In this document: positions 26,311-29,539 of the stretch, one piece after another
Layout: every line of letters starts with the position of its first letter
Numbering within the stretch: position 1 is the first letter of the stretch
Virus record (IMG/VR): IMGVR_UViG_3300008255_000362
Coordinates: 1 to 29,539 of that record
DNA length: 29,539 bases
Direction: 5' to 3' (one strand)
Origin: a virus
Lineage: Duplodnaviria > Caudoviricetes
Made by a program: the position numbers and the translations under genes
Notes under the pieces: generated by a model
Seen by the model: the letters and a program-made list of their open reading frames with translations, nothing else
What the model was told of the DNA's origin: nothing
Database searches by the model: none

Positions 26311-26606
26311 TCATCTGCCCGTCGCCGAGTTACCGCACCGCAGTCGGCACAGCGAACGTCACACGTCCGATCGATCGACTGGAGCGCGTGCGAACACCCC
26401 GGAGGAGCCCCGGTGCGGGGCTTGATGGCCAGGCACAGGCCGCACATTGCGACCGCGCGGGCGAGTTGCGAACTCGGAGGGTCGACGGCCCCCGATTCCC
26501 ATCGCGTTACCGTGCCCACGGTCACGCCGAGTTGCGCCGCGAGGGAGGCCTGTGTCAGACCCGCATCCTTGCGTGCCTTGCGGATCAGACCCGCGGGGGC
26601 TGTCAT
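26307..26606 (-). CDS. XRE-family HTH regulator with Cys-rich C-terminus
   Basis: IRKARKDAGLTQASLAAQLGVTVGTVTRWESG; C-terminal CxH...CxxC; GGAG RBS before the ATG at 26606. Confidence 0.85.
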   Translation of the reverse strand: MTAPAGLIRKARKDAGLTQASLAAQLGVTVGTVTRWESGAVDPPSSQLARAVAMCGLCLAIKPRTGAPPGCSHALQSIDRTCDVRCADCGAVTRRRADE

Positions 26607-26712
26607 GAGATGCTCCGGTGCCCTTTCGGGCCGTTGGTGTGAGTTCGTCGAGCCCCGCCCCGTCCCGACGGGTGCAGGGCGCCGCAGTGCGCCGCCAGGA
26701 ACTCCCGGCGGA

Positions 26713-26931
26713 TCAGGTGAGTTGTAGGTCACAGACCCCGCGGTGCAGACCCCTGCTGACCGAGCAAAATTCTTGCCCGTCGTCGTCCTTCGGCCACGAA
26801 TACGCGGCCTCCAGGCGCCGCTTGCAACACGAACAGATGTCCATCGTGTTGCCCGACGGCGATTGCCAGGTCACGATCCGCCTGCTGTGGGTGATCCTTG
26901 CAGGGGGGCTCGCTGTCTGCTTGGTCGTCAT
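26713..26931 (-). CDS. Small Cys-containing hypothetical protein
   Basis: MTTKQTASPP...ICSCCK...FC...HRGVCD, 72 aa; purine-rich RBS region. Confidence 0.55.
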   Translation of the reverse strand: MTTKQTASPPARITHSRRIVTWQSPSGNTMDICSCCKRRLEAAYSWPKDDDGQEFCSVSRGLHRGVCDLQLT

Positions 26932-27023
26932 TGTCTCGCCCTCTCGGGAGGGGTGCATCCCCTCCTCACACTCATACGTATCACCATACGCCCGCCCATG
27001 TAGCGGTATGTTGTCACAGTCTG

Positions 27024-27548
27024 TCACGGGAGCGAGAACGTCACTACCCACACCCGCGGATTGCGCCCCCAGCCGTAGCCGCGCCTGGCGTTGATGCTGT
27101 CCCAACCCTCGGCAAAGCCATCGCGCGGGGACCGCCCCTCGGGGACGGTGATGCCCTCGGCCAGCGCTCCGGCGTCGTCGATGGCGTGGAGTCGCTCGCA
27201 TCGCACGGCCTCGACGCGGAGCGTGAGCCTGCACGCCCACCGAGGCATGTAGATGCTCGGACGCCAAGGGGAGGACAGCGCGCGGTCGAAGCCCTCACGG
27301 TAGTAGGCCCAGCGACCGTCTGGCCCTGCGGTGCAGGGGAGCCCGGACCACGCCGGGCCGTCAACGAGGGTGTGAGCCTCGCGCACCCACAGGCGGTCGC
27401 CAGGGAGTCCGTAGGGACAGCGGTAGTCGTGGCCGGCCGCGGACATTCCGCCCGCGGGGACCTTGAGCACCCGCCGCGTTTGCGTCTTGCGCCCGTCGAG
27501 GATGGCGCGGACCATCGGGGCGGAGAAGAGGATGGGGCGCTCGGTCAT
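27024..27548 (-). CDS. ASCH/PUA-like phage protein
   Basis: ERPILFSAPMVRAILDGRKTQTRR, CPYG.PGDRLWVRE, WRPSIYMPRWACR, ERLHAI...A.AEG and W..NP.VWVV.F form a widespread phage family with the ASCH GxKxxxxR motif. Confidence 0.85.
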   Translation of the reverse strand: MTERPILFSAPMVRAILDGRKTQTRRVLKVPAGGMSAAGHDYRCPYGLPGDRLWVREAHTLVDGPAWSGLPCTAGPDGRWAYYREGFDRALSSPWRPSIYMPRWACRLTLRVEAVRCERLHAIDDAGALAEGITVPEGRSPRDGFAEGWDSINARRGYGWGRNPRVWVVTFSLP

Positions 27549-27892
27549 GGCGAATCCTCCGAGATTTCCCGAATCGTCGCGTTCAGGGTCTGCATCATCT
27601 CCGCGGCCACCTCCCGGGCTCCGGGCGCGTCGAAGGGAATCGGCGAGATCCGCATGTCTGCGCCCCTGGTGACGATCACTACCCGCCCGTCGGGAGCGGG
27701 GACGAGTTGGATGATCGCCCCACTGGTGCGGACCGCGGACGCGAGCACGCGGAGCGGCGCGTCCAGGGTCAGCATTCCGTGCAGGTACTCGGGCGCCACC
27801 GGGCAGCGCGTGCCGGGGGCGACGTCATCGCCGCAGTACATGCAGGCGTTCAGCGCCGGCTTCGCGCTGTCGAGCAATCGGAGTTGGCTCAT
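27545..27892 (-). CDS. Hypothetical protein with CxxC...C...H motif
   Basis: ATGA-coupled start at 27892 (MSQLRLLD); CMYC...C...H. Confidence 0.6.
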   Translation of the reverse strand: MSQLRLLDSAKPALNACMYCGDDVAPGTRCPVAPEYLHGMLTLDAPLRVLASAVRTSGAIIQLVPAPDGRVVIVTRGADMRISPIPFDAPGAREVAAEMMQTLNATIREISEDSP

Positions 27893-28110
27893 GGCTCGTC
27901 CGCCTCGCCGAATCGGCCGCGGACCCACTGCACATGGGCGGCGGCTCGCTTCTGCAGGGCGTACGCTTCCTGGAGCGTCCGCGGGTCGCGGGGCGCTCCG
28001 AACGGCCGGTCGAGCTGCAGCACGTCGTGCAGCACGTCTGCCCCTGCGAGCAGTGCCGACATCAGTTCGTCCGCCTCCTCGCGTGACAGGTTATCGCTCC
28101 AGTGGCTCAT
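27889..28110 (-). CDS. Hypothetical protein (73 aa)
   Basis: AAGGAG RBS, ATGA coupling at both ends (MSHWSDNLSREEADEL...). Confidence 0.6.
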   Translation of the reverse strand: MSHWSDNLSREEADELMSALLAGADVLHDVLQLDRPFGAPRDPRTLQEAYALQKRAAAHVQWVRGRFGEADEP

Positions 28111-28643
28111 TTCGGCTCCTTCGGCCACGCTTCGAGCGTGGCGGTTGCGGGTAGGTACAGGGGGTGCTTCGGGGCGCCGCTCTTGGTCGTCCCGAGGCAC
28201 CGGAGCGCGATGTCAGGTAGCGTCCGCCACTCCTCGCGGGCGAGCGGGTGAGCGCCCCACGCGGCGATGACCACCACGTCGCGGGTGCCTTGGCTGACGG
28301 CCTGGAGGATGTGCCGGTCGCGCTCATCCCGACAGGCGATGTCCTCGCCTCGACGGTGCGCCGCCACGAGCTCGCGGGCGTAGTCCCTCGCGCGGGTGAG
28401 CAGGGCGGCGCGGGCGGCGTCCTTCTCGGCGCGCTCGAGGGCCTCCAGGTCCTCGATGAGCGGGCAGACCCAGCGCGTGTGCCTCTCGCCGAGAGACTCG
28501 ATGTACACCCACGGGCCGCTGCGGCGGTAGCCTGGTGGGGGGCCGACGTTCGGCTCGCCCTCCTCGGGCGTGCGTGTCGTCGTCGCGTACTGGAGCCGGT
28601 CCGCGACGTCGAAACCGAGGACGTGAGCTAGTGTCCGGATCAT
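28107..28643 (-). CDS. Chimeric protein with C-terminal half of a DUF1643 domain
   Basis: AGGAG RBS, ATG at 28643; ends DRHIL...VVIAAWGAH...LRCLGTTKSGAPKHPLY (DUF1643 C-terminus); N-terminal half unrelated. Confidence 0.65.
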   Translation of the reverse strand: MIRTLAHVLGFDVADRLQYATTTRTPEEGEPNVGPPPGYRRSGPWVYIESLGERHTRWVCPLIEDLEALERAEKDAARAALLTRARDYARELVAAHRRGEDIACRDERDRHILQAVSQGTRDVVVIAAWGAHPLAREEWRTLPDIALRCLGTTKSGAPKHPLYLPATATLEAWPKEPK

Positions 28644-29539
28644 GGGGTCTCTCCTGGGTGATCGGTGCAGTCCGGCGGGCAGCGCTCGACCTCGGCGGTG
28701 AGGCAGGCATTGAGCAGCGCGACCATTGCATGCTCGATCTCCGACAACTGCGGAACAGGCCAACGCAGCCGCTCCACGATGTCCGCAACGTCCTTGTAGG
28801 GCGCATTGTTCGGATTCGGGTCATGGACGACGTAGCAATCGAGCGCGCCCGGGTACTGGGGGTGCTCTCGCCACCCTACGACGATGGCGTGCTTGGCGCC
28901 CGGGAACGCCTGGGACGGGACGGTGGCAATCGCCACGACGCCGAGGAGACCACTCCAGGTGACGTCACGCGCAGTCGTCGGGGACTTCGTCTCGATCAGT
29001 CCCCACCCGCGGGTACCGAGCCATTCCCGCATCCACATGGCCAACGGCAGATTGCGATCGCTGAAGTTGGGCACGCACTCGATGGGGCACCCCAGGATTG
29101 TGGCGATGCACGCTCGCTCGCAGTCGCCGTGCTCACAATCGATGATGGTCTGGGACACCGGCTTCACTCCTTTCAGGGCCGCGAGATTCTCACGGGCGAC
29201 AGCGAGTAAAGCGGCGACATCGGCATGCGCCTTCCGCAGTTCGGTTTGGACCTCATTCAGCCTCTGCTCGTAGAATCCTGACGGGTGCGACAAGCACCCC
29301 TTGGGGCACCTGGAAGCCAGTTCCTCCCGCAGCTGCAGCACCTCGGCCGCCAGCTCGGGCGCGGCGGCGATGAGGCGGGCGTCGGCCGACTGCACGAGCA
29401 GAGGCCGGGGACGGCCTTCCTGGTCCATGCGCGCGAGCCAGTCCTCGTGCGGCGTGAGCACGGCAATGTGTTCCCCCGGGACCACCAGCGCGAAGGCCAT
29501 CGCCTCGCCGACCCACTCCCACGGCCCCGGCGTGGCCCC
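28640..29539 (-). CDS. Ead/Ea22-like N-terminus fused to a C39/papain-fold-like domain; 5' end outside the window
   Basis: Frame is open to base 29539: ATPGPWEW...ADARLIAAAPEL; then SQT...GDCERACIATIL...HAIVVG...VVHDP (Gln-Cys-His-Asp order). Confidence 0.65.
   Translation of the reverse strand, partial: GATPGPWEWVGEAMAFALVVPGEHIAVLTPHEDWLARMDQEGRPRPLLVQSADARLIAAAPELAAEVLQLREELASRCPKGCLSHPSGFYEQRLNEVQTELRKAHADVAALLAVARENLAALKGVKPVSQTIIDCEHGDCERACIATILGCPIECVPNFSDRNLPLAMWMREWLGTRGWGLIETKSPTTARDVTWSGLLGVVAIATVPSQAFPGAKHAIVVGWREHPQYPGALDCYVVHDPNPNNAPYKDVADIVERLRWPVPQLSEIEHAMVALLNACLTAEVERCPPDCTDHPGETP

Larger units (their letters stand above)
1..29539. mobile_element. Tailed bacteriophage or prophage segment, long non-contractile tail type; both ends lie outside the window
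   Basis: Canonical order terS-terL-portal-scaffold-capsid-neck-tail-tape measure-fibre-lysis with ATGA/GTGA-coupled genes. No sheath gene recognised. No integrase or att site seen. Confidence 0.95.

Noticed and set aside
25814-26314. 166-aa track ORF as a single gene
   Set aside because: Better explained as a 57-aa ATGA-coupled gene in another frame plus the 5' part of the frameshifted Mom-like gene starting at 26140.
1-29539. Genome-wide TAG recoding (alternative genetic code), suggested by many TAG stops and in-frame TAG junctions
   Set aside because: Core genes are full length under code 11, and several TAG stops (8836, 11826, 12321, 12875) are followed by an RBS and a new start. CTAG endings are explained by C-ending codons before TAG.

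Overview
High-GC tailed-phage (Caudoviricetes, siphovirus-type) genome segment. No integrase, att site or host gene is visible, so prophage versus free phage cannot be decided. Plus strand, left to right: a 5'-truncated HTH/MT-A70 adenine methyltransferase coupled to a PD-(D/E)xK-like nuclease; a non-coding array of direct and inverted GGTGCCACC repeats with an AT-rich patch (ori-like); a RuvC-like resolvase; terminase small and large subunits, portal, scaffold and major capsid protein (flanked by two highly structured intergenic segments); head/neck/tail genes, including a -1 frameshifting tail assembly chaperone and two tandem HK97-gp10-like paralogues; tape measure, an Asp-box tail protein, a hub-like protein and an S74-chaperone tail fibre; then a minus-strand Myxococcota-style DCDD-repeat lipoprotein absent from the ORF track; and a lysis cassette with a PG-binding/CHAP endolysin. 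From 25.7 kb the minus strand carries small accessory genes: a frameshifted Mom-like gene apparently fused to the tail of a C5-cytosine methyltransferase, an XRE HTH, an ASCH-like protein, a DUF1643 half-domain chimera and an Ead/Ea22-like plus papain-fold fusion. All family calls come from motif recognition by eye, not database searches.
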